A DNA stretch of 64,000 bases from Eledone cirrhosa (Eukaryota), in assembly GCA_964016885.1 (NCBI GenBank), contig OZ024744.1:82646001-82710000 (forward strand). Direction: 5' to 3'. Position 1 is the first letter of the stretch, and each line of letters opens with the position of its first letter. The notes under the pieces were generated by a model. The model was not told where the DNA came from and did no database searches. It saw nothing but the letters and a program-made list of their open reading frames with translations. This document shows positions 1 through 14,125 of the stretch, piece by piece. The translations under genes and the position numbers were made by a program.

Positions 1-348
1 CATCCTCACACCCCTCACCCAAATCTCCACACCTCTACTTGAATTTCGCCACACTCTCTTTTAACCTTTAATGCTGAACACTATCTACAGTAACCATGTC
101 ACTCATACACCCACAAATAAGACACAAAAAGCTCATGCTGACATGAATATAAACAGTTATTATCAACGCTAACCAGACAGGCTTAATTTTGTGTTTTGTA
201 TAGGTAAAAAAACAACAACAAAATAGCGAGTAACCTACTGGTCACTCGTAATGGATTGGAGGACCTTCTATTAGAATTTTACTAATTACTATACCAAATC
301 TGCATTTATATAGATTCTGTATGTATACATGAATGTATGTATGTATGT

Positions 349-378
<30 letters not shown>

Positions 379-381
<3 letters not shown>

Positions 382-1240
382 GTAGAATAATCGAGTATCG
401 AAAAATCGGCGCACGAGTTCACGATAAACAAAAAATTCGACATGAGTGGCAGAGGGCTCAATAATTCAGATAAATCAGAGCTATAACTATCGTTAAAATA
501 CCAACACACATAGATTATGTCTAAAATCAACCATACGACCGAAAAATTACGATCAGGAAGATTCGGGTCACTCAGATAAAATATCAATAAATCAATAAAT
601 CATGTGAATGTAAAAAGCTTACCCGGACCCACTAGAAAGATGGTAAATCTAGCTTCTTGGGTTTCTGTAAATCCTTAAACCGCCCACTATCAGCCCACAT
701 AAAAATATATAAGACTTCTAGAGAGCGGCGGACAGGAAATACTTTATCAACGAGCTTTGTCCAGACGAATAAAAAAGCCAACCCTAGCTGAAAACGTACA
801 TGGAATCCAGCAAGGGAGATAACCTCTATATCCGCGAAAAATATTCGGGAATGTGGAAAATCACATATCGAATAAGAGTGCTCAATAGACATGTTAAAAT
901 AAACAGGAGCTATTCATCATTTAATAGAATTGACAAAAAATGAACAATAAAATTAACTGGTCAATAGCTAAGTCTAGAGCTAAATATAGTAGAATAATCG
1001 AGTATCGAAAAATCGGCGCACGAGTTCACGATAAACAAAAATTCGACATGAGTGGCAGAGGGCTCAATAATTCAGAGAAATCAGAACTATAACTATCGTT
1101 AAAATACCAACACACATAGATTATGTCTAAAATCAACCATACGACCGAAAAATTACGATCAGGAAGATTCGGGTCACTCAGATAAAATATCAATAAATCA
1201 ATAAATCATGTGAATGTAAAAAGCTTACCCGGACCCACTA
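379..1240 (-). mobile_element. Non-coding ~608-bp repeat family A (1 full unit + partial tandem copy), PLE pseudo-LTR/retrozyme-like, in (TA)n
   Basis: 379-632 recurs at ~987-1240. (TA)n flanks both sides. The same family occurs at 8641-10353. AGCACTC motif on the minus strand at 876-882. Confidence 0.7.
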
Positions 1241-1271
1241 GAATATATATATATATATGAATGTATGTATG

Positions 1272-1360
<89 letters not shown>

Positions 1361-1365
<5 letters not shown>

Positions 1366-1583
1366 CAGTCGATCGACTTTCGTCAAATCGGACCGAGAAA
1401 AGCATGTTTCCACTGGTCTTTCCAATTGCTAATACTATCTATCGGTTGCAACTCCAGGTAGAAGGAGCATCGTGAAATAAAGTGTCTTGCTCAAGGACAT
1501 AACGCAACACCCGGTACGGGAATCAAACTCACGACCTCACGAATATGAATCCAATTCTCTAACCACTCAGCCACGCGCCTTCA
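1361..1583 (-). mobile_element. tRNA-derived CORE-type SINE
   Basis: Minus strand reads ggcgcgtggctgagtggttagag (A box) ... gagtttgattcccgtacc (B box) ... gtccttgagcaagacacttt (CORE-like). Confidence 0.7.
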
Positions 1584-1596
1584 TATATATATATAT

Positions 1597-1775
1597 CAAT
1601 GCTCCCGTGGGAGCCACTGCATGGACACACTGGAAGAGGAAGACCGAGGTTAACATATGTTGATGCCCTAAGGACAAACACCTGTCTGTTGGAGACGCAG
1701 GACATAGCAGCGATAATGAGGAACAGAGACCGCTGGAGAGAACTCGTCCATGGATCTCGGGAATTTTCCCCGCCC
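1597..1775 (+). mobile_element. 3' end of RTE-like LINE
   Basis: Peptide LPWEPLHGHTGRGRPRLTYVDAL...MRNRDRWRELV is typical of the ORF2 C-terminus. Same family as 2311-2620. (TA)n flanks. Confidence 0.75.
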
Positions 1776-1797
1776 TATATATATATATATATATATA

Positions 1798-2180
1798 TAG
1801 TTAAAAGAATAGAGGTGTAACACACAAGTTATTATATATTGGTAAACGGAATAGAAAATGCTGACAAATTGTTCACAGTGAAAAATAGTTTAATTAGGAA
1901 TAAGTGAGAATTAGTAATTGCATTCAGTTTTGGTTTTAAGTTTTACCGGTTGCGCATTTCTAAATGCTTTTCAAAAATAATTTTGAGATAGAGCGTCCGT
2001 GATGTTTGCTTCACGGACGTTCTATCTCAAAATTATTTTTGAAAAGCATTTAGAAATGCGCAACCGGTAAAACTTAAAACCAAAACTGAATACTAACCAA
2101 TGCAATTACTAATTCTCACTTATTCCTAATTAAACTATTTTTCACTGGGAACAATTTGTCAGCATTTTCTATTCCGTTTA

Positions 2181-2186
<6 letters not shown>
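1798..2186. mobile_element. Fold-back (inverted-arm) non-coding element, family B
   Basis: ~1835-2002 is the reverse complement of ~2011-2186. Embedded in (TA)n. Same family as 10903-11320. Confidence 0.75.
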
Positions 2187-2270
<84 letters not shown>

Positions 2271-2310
2271 AATATATATATATATATTTATATTATATAT
2301 ATATATATCT

Positions 2311-3034
2311 AGGGCGGGTAAAATTCCCGTTTCCATGGACGAGTTCTCTCCAGCGTTCTCTGTCCCTCATTATCGCGTCTCCAACAGACCAGTGTCTGTC
2401 CTTAGGGCATCAACATATGTTAATCTCGGTCTTCCTCTTCCAGTGTGTCCATTCAGGGTCTCCCACGGGAGCACTGAGTGCAATGTCAACTCTGGATTTC
2501 GGTGAGCATGTCCGCCTAACCCCAGTCTCCTCTGTGTCACTTTTGAGCTGACTTTTGGGAGGCTCCCGTACAGCTCTCAGTTTTTCATTCTCAGTGTATA
2601 TTGATTAATGTTCAGAGCCTTCCTCAGCAGTCTCGAGGATTTGATGCAGGAGGTTGAGACTGTGTCGATGAGTGTGGGGCTGAGAATGAATGAGATTAAG
2701 ACAAAATATCTGGCAGAGAATGTTGAGAAGCCAGAGGGGATTACTAATGTAGGCGGGAAGCCGCTAGAGTTGGTTGAGGACTTCCTGTATTTGGAAGCAA
2801 AGATTGGGAATATGGAAGATAATGTGATCGAGATGAAGAGCAAAGCCTGGGCAGCGTGCCACAGCTTGAGATAGGTGTGGAGGTCGGAGCTTCGTAAAGA
2901 CCTGAAGATCCGCCTCTTCATTGCTGTAGTGGAGTCTATGCTGCTGTACGGGTCTGAAACTTGGACACTGACCAAGAAACTCACTCAGATGGTGGATGGG
3001 TGCTACACGAGAATGCTGAGGATGGCTCTGAACA

Positions 3035-3037
<3 letters not shown>
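2311..3037. mobile_element. RTE-like LINE fragment with 5' inversion (3' part on minus 2311-2620, upstream part on plus 2621-3037)
   Basis: Plus: GLRMNEIKTKY...DFLYL...ESMLLYGSETWTLT...DGCYTRMLRMALN. Minus continues ALNIN...ELYGSLPKVS...GRGRPRLTYVDAL. In-frame stops are present. Confidence 0.85.
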
Positions 3038-3123
<86 letters not shown>

Positions 3124-3234
3124 AATATATGTATAATATATGTATAATAAATAAGAGAGACGGTTTTATTCGTACATCTTCATTTTATTACATAATTGCA
3201 CTATGCATATTTCAAAGATGTCAGAGTGGTTATA

Positions 3235-3420
3235 TAATTGTTTCTACTTTTGGCACAAGGCCAGCAATTACCCAGTGCATTACTGGTACTTTATTTTATC
3301 GACCCCATAAGGATGAAAGGCAAAGTTAACCTCGGTGGGATTTGAACTCAGACCATAAAGGGCCGTAACTCTTTGCTGCAAAGCATGGTGTCACACCCTC
3401 TACCAATACTGCCAATCCAT
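3235..3420 (-). mobile_element. tRNA-head SINE with Nin/Deu-type domain
   Basis: Minus: tggcagtattggtagag (A box), gagttcaaatccc (B box), gcctttcatccttatggggtcgataaaataaagtaccag. Confidence 0.85.
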
Positions 3421-3629
3421 CATAATAAATACCTGTATACGGGTCAGTGCTGTAAACACCTCGACAAACCAGCAACGTATCAATGGATAGGAAAATACAT
3501 CTTACACTAACTGATAAAAACATATCATGTAATATATACATAGAGAGAGGTGGGTGAGTGAGTGTATGCGTGTGTGTATGTATATATGCATGCATGTATG
3601 TATCCATGTATGTATGTATGTATTTTATA

Positions 3630-3972
3630 CGCGGGGACATAGAAATAGTCGGGCTGGATACCCGATCGCGCAGTTAAACCACTGGGAGTGAAGGACCCCT
3701 AGCCTTTGTCGGGGCATTCTTCTAGGAGAAGGCAACTCAGGAAACTGGGATAACGCCGATATAAAACCTGCGGCTCAGTAGTTACCGATGATGTTGATCT
3801 TTTCTTCTTTTGGAGTTATAGCTACTGTTGGAGTGGGATTGGCTCAGTGCACAGTCTTTCCCCACTTTAAAAAATATCTTCACGCACAGTCATTGCACGA
3901 TAGCATTAATTGATAATTATTATTAATGGTATATCGTGCAATGGCCATACTCGATAACGAGGGTGCAACCAA
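3630..3972 (+). mobile_element. Non-autonomous RTE-related element
   Basis: Homologous to 47000-47345 (minus). Ends in atggccatactcgataacgagg followed by (TATG)n. Confidence 0.6.
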
Positions 3973-4837
3973 CATGTATGCATCTATGCACATTTATGTG
4001 TATGTATTATCCTTGCTGTTTCGAGATCGGCCCGGTGCAAGCTTGTAATCAGCGAAGCTATTTGTTCACACAGAGCAACATAAAATAATTAAATAAATAT
4101 ACAAAATCCTGGGTAGAACTTAGGCTACTTTTGAGAAGAAATCAATATAAAATAGTTACTGGTGGACTGAATGACTTAGACATATACTCACACACACACA
4201 TACATACACATACATACACATACACACATGCACACACATACACACACATAGATGCACTTGCGCACTCATATACATACACATACATACACACATATACAAA
4301 CACACACACATACACTTACACATACAGACACCAACACACACAAATTCTCTATCTCTCTCTCACACACGCACACACACTAAGTCTCTCACACATGCATAAA
4401 GACAGACACACACAAACACACCCACATACACATATACACACATGCACATTCACACATATACATACGCACACATGTACACACACCCATACACACAGATACT
4501 CTCACACACACACACACACACACATAAACACATACATAGACACATACACACGCACATACACATATACAAACACATACACAGACACACAGACAGACACACG
4601 CGCACAAACACACACATAAACACACCTGCACAATACATACATTCACACACACATGCACACGTATATACTCACACATGCACATGCACACACATATACCAAC
4701 ACACACATACACACACATACACACACACAAAAACATATCCAAACACGCATAAGCATATGAATGAATCTATGTATATGTATATATATATATGTATATGTAT
4801 ATATATATATATTTATATATATATATATACACATATA

Positions 4838-4895
4838 GTCCAGAAATAGCCGTCGAAACGGCTTGAGCTCAGCCGTCGGGGTCTTACTTGTTCCT
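4838..4895 (+). mobile_element. Short truncated PLE-type fragment with the 3' half of a hammerhead
   Basis: GAAACGGCT-tgagctc-AGCCGTC gives GAAA + stem III + GUC. Same family as 59030-59240. Confidence 0.6.
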
Positions 4896-4954
4896 ATATA
4901 TATATATATATATATATATACGTCTGTATGTATACGTACTTACATATATGTATA

Positions 4955-5410
4955 ACAGTAGTATGTATATATATACATACATGCACACATATATATATGC
5001 ACGTATCAGTTTACCGAACATTTATTTTGTTTGCAAACAAACAAACAGCCCGAATTACGCCGTACAGTGTTTAGGCAACCGCGTCACCTTTTTGTTCAAC
5101 ACTGACACAGGAACGATGTACTAGTTTCAAGCTTATTAGCTATCATCAGCATCGTATACCTTCCTGCCAGATGGTTGAACGTCTGAAAGTATAACGTTAT
5201 ACTTTCAGACGTTCAACCATAATAAGCTTGAAACTAGTACATCGTTCCTGTGTCAGTGTTGAACAAAAAGGTGACGTGGTTGCCGAAACACTGACGGCGT
5301 AATTCGGGCTGTTTGTTTGTTTACAAACGAACAAACCGAGCATAATAATAAATGTTCGGTCAACTGATACGTGCATATATATATGTGTGCATGTATGTAT
5401 ATATATACAT
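4955..5410. mobile_element. Fold-back non-coding element carrying a hammerhead
   Basis: Inverted arms centred at ~5195 (aaagtataac|gttatacttt). The right arm lacks ~33 nt that include the CTGATGA segment. Confidence 0.75.
5113..5155 (-). ncRNA. Minimal type I hammerhead ribozyme
   Basis: ACGAUG-CUGAUGA-uAGCuaauaaGCUu-GAAA-CUAG-UA^CAUCGU. It has a 6-bp stem I and the palindromic minimal stem III typical of PLE hammerheads. Confidence 0.85.
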
Positions 5411-5533
5411 GCTACTGTACGTCTGTATACATATATGTATGTACGTATACATACAGACATACATACTTACATTTAAGTAAGTGCCGTACTAAGAGTGAGA
5501 AATGAAATTCTATTCCATTTAATATATATATAC

Positions 5534-5590
<57 letters not shown>

Positions 5591-6087
5591 TATATTCAGG
5601 TTTGAGGTTCACCACTGGATAGAGCTGGTCTATTCCGTATGGTCAATCGTACACAAATCCAGCCTCCTGTCATTTCATTATATAAATATATATATATATA
5701 CATATACATATATATAAAGATATATATATATACATATACATATATATATATATATATATATGTGTATATATATATGTATATATATATGTGTTTGTGTATA
5801 CATATATATATACACACATATATATATATATACATATATATATACATATATATATATATATATGTGTGTGTGTGTTTGTGTGTGTGTTTGTGTGTGTCTG
5901 TCTTTATGCGTGTGTGAGAGACTTAGTGTGTAAATAACATTATTCTTTCTGCACCTTCTCTTTAACATGTGCGACACCACACTAATACATATCACTATCA
6001 TTTGATAATTGTTTCTACTTCTGGCACAAGGCCATCAATTACCCAGTACATTACTGGTACTTTATTTTATCGACCCCGTAATAATAA

Positions 6088-7674
6088 TAGTTTGGAGTAG
6101 ATAAATGCGCCAAACAATGTTCACCAGAGGAAAGCTGCTGAAAAGTTCAGACATTAATCTTGACCGGGGGAATGTGATAAGAGAACTTGATCAAGAGGAA
6201 ACTTACAAATATCTAGGTGTTTGTGAAGGAGACGGAATCAAGCACTCGACAATGAGGGAAAGGATAAGGAAGGAATGTTACCGCAGAGTAAGAGCAATCT
6301 TAAGAACGGAATTGAATGCAAGGAATAGGATCGATGCCATAAACACGCTTGCCATACCAGTAGTAACCTACAGTTACAATGTCATCAACTGGTCAAGCAC
6401 AGAGATCTGTAGGCTCGATACAAAAATTAGAAAATTCTTAACCATGCACAGAATGCAGCACCCTAAGATAGAATATATCTCCCTAGGAAAGAAGGAGGAC
6501 GTGGGTTAATCCAGTTAGATATTGCGTTGAAAACTGCAACAATTAGATTATCTACATATCTAAGGGAATCACATGGTTGGATGATCAAATTCGTTTTGAA
6601 ACACGAAAGCATCAAAAGATCATACTCCATTACAAAAGTTGCACAAAGATACAGTAATGGACTACAAATTTCAGAAGTCCCATTTACTGCTGAAATGGAA
6701 AACACAGAAAAAAGCAAAGCTGGTAAAAGTAACTGCAAAGAAAGAACTGCTACAGAAACTGGCTAAGAAATGGCAAGAAAAGCCTCTGTATGGAAAATAC
6801 CCAGAAAGAGCTAACAATCCTGATGTTGACAAAACTTTAACTCATCAGTGGTTGGCATCCTCTGGACTGAAATCGGAGACTGAAGGACTGATTATATCAG
6901 CACAAGATCAGTGTCTGCCAACAAAAAATTATCAAGCCAACATAATAAAAAATGGATGCAACCAATTATGCCGTCTGTGTAAAAACCAACCAGAGACCAT
7001 TGATCATATAATCTCAATGTGCAGTCCTATAGCTCCAACCGAATACCTAAACAGGCATGACAGAGCTGCACAATACATACATTGGATAATGTGTAAGCAT
7101 TTTGACCTGTCTCATCAAAAGAATTTGAGGAGCATCAACCACTTCCCATACTTGAAAAAGATCACATCTCAATCTTATGGAACTTTAGCATCCAAACAGA
7201 CCGAAAAATAGATGCAAATAGACCTGATATAATACTAAACGACTTTAAAAAGAGGGTATGCCTGCTAATTGATATGTCCGTTCCAATAGACAAGAATGTA
7301 TCTATAAAAACATTAAAAAAAATTGAGCAAGTATAAGGACCTGACGATAGAAATTGGAAAAATGTGGAAACTGAGAACTAAAACAATACCAGTGGTTGTA
7401 GGCGCTCTAGGAATGATACTTAAGGGGTCTAATGATTACTTATCGCAAATCCCAGGAAACCCGCGTATAGGAGAAATACAAAAGGTAGTACTAATGGGAA
7501 CTGCCCATATACTAAGGAAGATTCTGTCAATATAAGTACATCACAAGTACATTCACCTAAAGATGCATGTGTGTGTTTGTATGTTCTTTCTTGAACATGG
7601 CGGACCTTGTTGTCTCTTGAGGTCACTGGTTGTGACTTGGTGATAACTCGTAAGAACATAAAGCAAGATAAATG

Positions 7675-7675
<1 letters not shown>
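6088..7675 (+). mobile_element. 5'-truncated R4/Dong-clade non-LTR retrotransposon (RT end, zinc knuckle, restriction-like endonuclease), frameshifted
   Basis: FGVDKC, YKYLG, LKSETEGLIISAQDQ, CRLCKNQPETIDHIISMC, RHD, NRPDII, KYKDL, PVVVGALG. (TAA)n lies on both sides (6079-6090, 7676-7728), the known Dong target. Confidence 0.9.
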
Positions 7676-7715
<40 letters not shown>

Positions 7716-7894
7716 GTAATAATAATAAATTTGAAGACTAAAATCCAAAGAAGGCTCGATAAGGATAAATATATATCAAATATATAAGAACCGTAGAGCA
7801 AATATTTATTTTTCAGAAGATCCCGTTAAGGGTGAAAGCAGCGATACTTTGCTTAAACTTTAATATGTTATTTTAATATATATATATGTGTATG

Positions 7895-7970
<76 letters not shown>

Positions 7971-8640
7971 ATATATATATATATATGTATATATATCAGT
8001 TCTGTTTTTAGCCTAAGAAAATATCTATATGCGTGTGTAATTTATACACGCATACATTTATTTTTTTAATTTCAATTGAGTTCTTAACACGTTGGATTGA
8101 TAATGTTTTTGAAAAAACTAATTAACCCACGTGTATATTATTTTCTTTTCTCGTGAATCGTGGTTGTCTTCCTTTCCCACTTAGTGACGCTATGATACTT
8201 CCTCAGTCAAAAGACTGCTGGAATTTCAAATTTGGCGGTCATTCGATGCGTGAGGCAGCAGCTTAGCAGACACGATTTTTAACTGCGGTAAGAATTTTTT
8301 TCTCATATCAAAGTTTAATGGGCTTCCACTGAATATTTATAAGTGCCCACCTAAATATATTCATACATGAATATATGTTAGGCTTCTACATAAACTGGAA
8401 ACATTCTCCCAATTTGTAGAAAACTTATAATGAAACAATTGTTTGGAAAGAGAGATATATTTTAACTTTAATTATATCTCATAAAATAATACAACTGGCT
8501 TTCCACAAAATAAATATAGTTAGCACCCCAAACACTTAAATTGGGTTTATACTAACATATAACCTAATGTTTGTTGAGTGAGATGGTTACCAGTCGGAGT
8601 TTAGCTTTAAGCTATCTCTGTTATTGTATTAAATATATAT

Positions 8641-10353
8641 AGTAGAATAATCGAGTATCGAAAAATCGGCGCACGAGTTCACGATAAACAAAATTCGAGA
8701 TGAGCGGCAGAGGGCTCCATAATTCAAATAAATCAGAGCTATAACTATCGTTAAAATACCGTCACACGTAGAATATGTCTACAATCAACCAAATAACCGA
8801 AAATTTTCGATATGGAAGATTCGGGACACTCAGATAAATTATCAATAAATCAATAAATAAAATGAATGTAAAAAGCATACCCGGCCCCACTAGAGAGATG
8901 GTATATCTAGCTTCTTGGGTTTCTGTAACTCCTTAAACCGTCCTCTATCAGCTCACACAAAAATATAAGACTTACAGACAACGGAGGACTGGAGCTACTT
9001 CTTCAACGAGCCTTAGTCCAAACGGATGAAAAGGCAAAACCCAGGTTGAAAATACGCACATGGATTTCAGCAAGGGAGATAACCTTTATATCCGCAAAAA
9101 ATATTCGTGAAAATGTGGAATAACACATATCGAATAAGAGTGCTCAATAGACATGTTAAAATAAACAGGAGCTATTCATCATTTAATAGAATCGACAAAA
9201 AAATGAACAATAAAATTAACTGGTCAATAGCTAGGTCTAGAGCTAAATATAGTAGAATAATCGAGTATCGAAAAATCGGTGCGTGAGCTCACCATAAACA
9301 AAATTCGAGATGAGCGGCAGAGGGCTCCATAATTCAAATAAATCAGAGCTATAACTATCGTTAAAATACCGTCACACGTAGAATATGTCTACAATCAACC
9401 AAATAACCGAAAATTTTCGATATGGATGAGCACTCTTATTCGATATGTGTTATTCCACATTTTCACGAATATTTTTTGCGGATATAAAGGTTATCTCCCT
9501 TGCTGAAATCCATGTGCCTATTTACAACCTGGGTTTTGCCTTTTCATCCGTTTGGACTAAGGCTCGTTGAAGAAGTAGCTCCAGTCCCCCGTTGTCTGTA
9601 AGTCTTATATTTTTGTGTGAGCTGATAGAGGACGGTTTAAGGAGTTACAGAAACCCAAGAAGCTAGATATACCATCTCTCTAGTGGGTCCGGGTATGCTT
9701 TTTACATTCATTTCATTTATTGATTTATTGATAATTTATCTGAGTGTCCCGAATCTTCCATATCGAAAATTTTCGGTTATTTGGTTGATTGTAGACATAT
9801 TCTACGTGTGACGGTATTTTAACGATAGTTATAGCTCTGATTTATTTGAATTATGGAGCCCTCTGCCGCTCATCTCGAATTTTGTTTATCGTGAACTCAC
9901 GCGCCGATTTTTCGATACTCGATTATTCTACTATATTTAGCTCTAGACCTAGCTATTGACCAGTTAATTTTACTGTTCATTTTTTGTCGATTCTATTAAA
10001 TGATGAATAGCTCCTGTTTATTTTAACATGTCTATTGAGCACTCTTATTCGATATGTGTTATTCCACATTTTCACGAATATTTTTTGCGGATATAAAGGT
10101 TATCTCCCTTGCTGAAATCCATGTGCGTATTTTCAACCTGGGTTTTGCCTTTTCATCCGTTTGGACTAAGGCTCGTTGAAGAAGTAGCTCCAGTCCCCCG
10201 TTGTCTGTAAGTCTTATATTTTTGTGTGAGCTGATAGAGGACGGTTTAAGGAGTTACAGAAACCCAAGAAGCTAGATATACCATCTCTCTAGTGGGTCCG
10301 GGTATGCTTTTTACATTCATTTCATTTATTGATTTATTGATAATTTATCTGAG
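8641..10353. mobile_element. Family A tandem + inverted array (~610-bp units)
   Basis: 8641-9250 is a full unit and 9251-9425 a partial one. About 1.5 inverted units follow at 9426-10353. Homologous to 379-1240. Confidence 0.75.
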
Positions 10354-10846
10354 TGTATATATATATATTTATATATGTGTGTGTGTACATATGTTTGTAT
10401 ATATGTGTGTATATGTGTGTGTATATGTGTGTATATATGTGTATATATGTGTGTGTATATGTGTGTATATATGTGTGTATATATGTGTTTATATGCGTAT
10501 ATATATATATATAAAGTGTGTGAAATAATAAAGAACTTTTTTCGCTCTACATGACTGAATACAATAAATATATTCTGAGTGTTTAATAATATAAATATTA
10601 ATAATAACATTCGATTCGTTTGCATTTATGCAAACAAGCCTCAATTTTATAGACATGTCAGTAGAATGAACCCTTCCTTCTTGCTCTTGTGTTGGCATGT
10701 GAACAGAACTGCAGACACTAATGCTTCTGGGTCATTCTTCATCAGTACAGCTCACTTTTCACCTGTCAGACCTATTGAAAATATATGCAAGTTTAAAAAA
10801 TACACATTGACTGATCGGCCTGGTTAGCATATTAGCAGACTGGCTG

Positions 10847-11430
<584 letters not shown>

Positions 11431-11521
11431 CTATTTCCATATGAAAGATAAAGGAAAAGAGAGCGCTCTATGTAGGCTACAGAGCTTTTTAGTTATGTAA
11501 TAAACAACATGAGATAATTAT

Positions 11522-11583
11522 TTCATTTACCAGTGGTTCCTTGAAGACAGATATTTATGTCTGTCTTCATTCATCAGAAAGAA
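11522..11583 (-). ncRNA. Degenerate type I hammerhead (GGAA instead of GAAA)
   Basis: uucuuu-CUGAUGA-aUGAAGACAGAcauaaauaUCUGUCUUCAa-GGAA-CCACUGG-UA^aaugaa. Related to the 14.8-15.0 kb copies. Confidence 0.6.
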
Positions 11584-12447
11584 TAACATGAAATATTTAT
11601 TTAATATGGATTTCAAAACAGAATTTAGGATAAATGAAAGTGAGGCTGAAGTAAAATACCGGGCAAACAATTGAGGGAAAAAGATATATAAATAAATATC
11701 CAAAACTTAAACGTACACATACTGAAACTCACTCATAAACTTAACGTATACGTATACATTCGAATGTATACGTAAACGTAGACATTCACACATAAGTATG
11801 TGTGCGTCTACATGGAAATACAAATACACACATATATAAACGCGTCATCTTTTGCTGACATATGCGCACACACAAGCGTACATTCACGCAGGTACTCAGT
11901 AATATCGTATAAATAAATATACACACATGCACATCTCTCCATACATATATACATAAATATATATATACACACACATATATACATATATATATATATATAC
12001 ATATATATATACATACATACACACATAAGTATACATACGCACATACACAAATATCTCTATACATACTCGCACACACACATATATATATATATATACACAT
12101 ATGTGTGTATATATACATATAGACATACATATATCTACTCAAGCACATACAAGCATGTGTAAACATACATACGCACTTCTGCCCATGTACGCACGTATAC
12201 ACAGACGTACAAAAGTTCAGACACACGTCCACACACTTACGCTTATGTGTGCACATACACGTGATCACACGTATAGGCCTGATGCTACAAGATACATTGG
12301 GAGGTAGTAGGGGAACAAATATGAATAACTAAAATCAAAAACATCAAACAATAAAAAAATAAATAAATAAAGAATAAGAAAAAAATAAAAATAAAAGCCC
12401 TATAAGTTGAGCACTCTACAGTTTCAGGAAATTAACCAACATACACC

Positions 12448-14125
12448 ATGGACGTTTATGATATGGATTATTGAATCAAAAATATTCATACTTCTTCCAA
12501 CACCACTTACACCAAATTATTAATTGACAAAATTGAACAAGTCATAAAAAGAATGAGATGGAATGCGACGATTTTCGATGGACAATTCTGTGCTGATTCT
12601 AATGACTACTTTGATATTAAATCACGCAAATACCCACCTAGAGTTAAGGATATGGCCCACTTCGAAATAGACCTAGTTAACATGATTAATGCATTAAATT
12701 TCCGTAAGTACAACGACAATCTTCAATCTAAACTCTTTATCGACATTTCTAATTTTAAATACTCTAAAAATACTTTCGTGTTTTCTGACAAAACCAAAAA
12801 TCTTTATGAAGTAAATAACAATTTGTATAACCAACTATTAACAGATAGCATCACTGTTAAAGGCCAAAAAGCTAATATTAATATTTATCATATCATTAAT
12901 AATGAAGCTAAAGCCCTAGCTAATACTTTAAAAACTGATAACCGAACTGAAAGCCTAGCCAAACGTAAAGCATATATTACCATAAATCAGACTTTACTAA
13001 TCGACCTATTTGTAGATTAATCAACCCTGCTAAATCTGAAATTGGTCTTGCGCGTAAAAAGATTCCTAAGAAATATAATACTTCAAATAAGAACTAAGAC
13101 TGACTTATCCCAATGGTTAAATACTTCCTCTGTTATATCTTGGTTTAATAGTATACAAGGTAAAAATAAGTGTAGATTTACCCAATTTGATATTGTTGAT
13201 TTTTACCCCTCTATCACAGAATCCTCATTAACTAAAGCCTTAGATTTTGCTAGACTTTTCATTAATATTTTCTAAATTAGAAGAAGGTGTTATCTTACAC
13301 GCTAGGAAAACACTACTTTTCGCTAAAGAAGGTACTTGGGTTAAAAAATGAAGCCCTGAAAACTCTTTTGATGTCTCGATGGGCTCATATGATAGCGCCG
13401 ATGTGTGCGATTTAGTAGGATTATTCCTACTCTACACCCTTAAAGAGAAATGTCCTTGCCATAATATCGGCTTATACCGAGACGATGGTTTGGTAGTTTC
13501 TCATACCACCAACGGCCATAACCTTGATACATTCCGTAAAGAGTTAATCAATACCTTTGTTAACCTAAACCTAAAAATTACTATAGATACGAATCTTACT
13601 AATACCAACTTCCTCGATATCAATCTTGACCTACTTACTGCCTCTTTTAAACCTTATCATAAACCCAATGAAAATTTAAGATATATACACAAAGAGTCTT
13701 GCCATCCCCCTATAGTCTTTAATAACCTTATTCCTAACATTAGTCGTAGGGTCTCTACATTATCTTCGTCTCTTGATATTTTTTAATAAAGCTGCCCCTT
13801 ATAAGGCCCTAAAAAACAGCGGATTCACCGAACAAATCAAATATTTACCTACTCCTCTTTCTAAGACTAAAAACAACAGGAAAATAAAAATTATATGGTT
13901 TACACCTCCTTTCTCTCTAACTGTTAAAACTAATGTAGGAAGAAAATTCCTCGAACTCCTAGACAAATATTTTCCCCCAAATCATAGATATAATAAGATA
14001 TTTAATAGAAATGTTCTTTGTGGATAACGGAGAAATTTAGAATTCTTCAAAACCTGAAAACTTGCCTCAACACTAAGACCTAGGTCTTCAGAAGTTGTCC
14101 GCACCTGAAATCGCGTCTCCTTTTT
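12448..14125 (+). pseudogene. Decayed Penelope-like element ORF (RT; GIY-YIG endonuclease mostly deleted), probably Naiad-like
   Basis: KNI..., KRMRWNA, DKTKNLY, QFDIVDFYPSI, MGSYDSADVCDLVG, GLYRDDGL, NFLDINLDL, ESCHPP, IIWFTPPFS, IFNRN. It then jumps to the C-terminal KCSLWITEKFRIL...CLNTK...CPH. Several stops and frameshifts. Confidence 0.85.

Noticed and set aside
7808-7850. CAGAAGA-TCCC/GGGT-GAAA-GCAGC hammerhead-like string
   Set aside because: Two core deviations and no stem I pairing; at best a dead remnant.
10690-10790. CTGATGA on the minus strand, or a possible small exon
   Set aside because: No matching GAAA or helices. All frames have stops near the candidate acceptors.
12472-13351. 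In-frame TGA codons in the PLE ORF as selenocysteine
   Set aside because: They accompany frameshifts and TAG stops and are not at evident Cys positions; simple decay is more likely.
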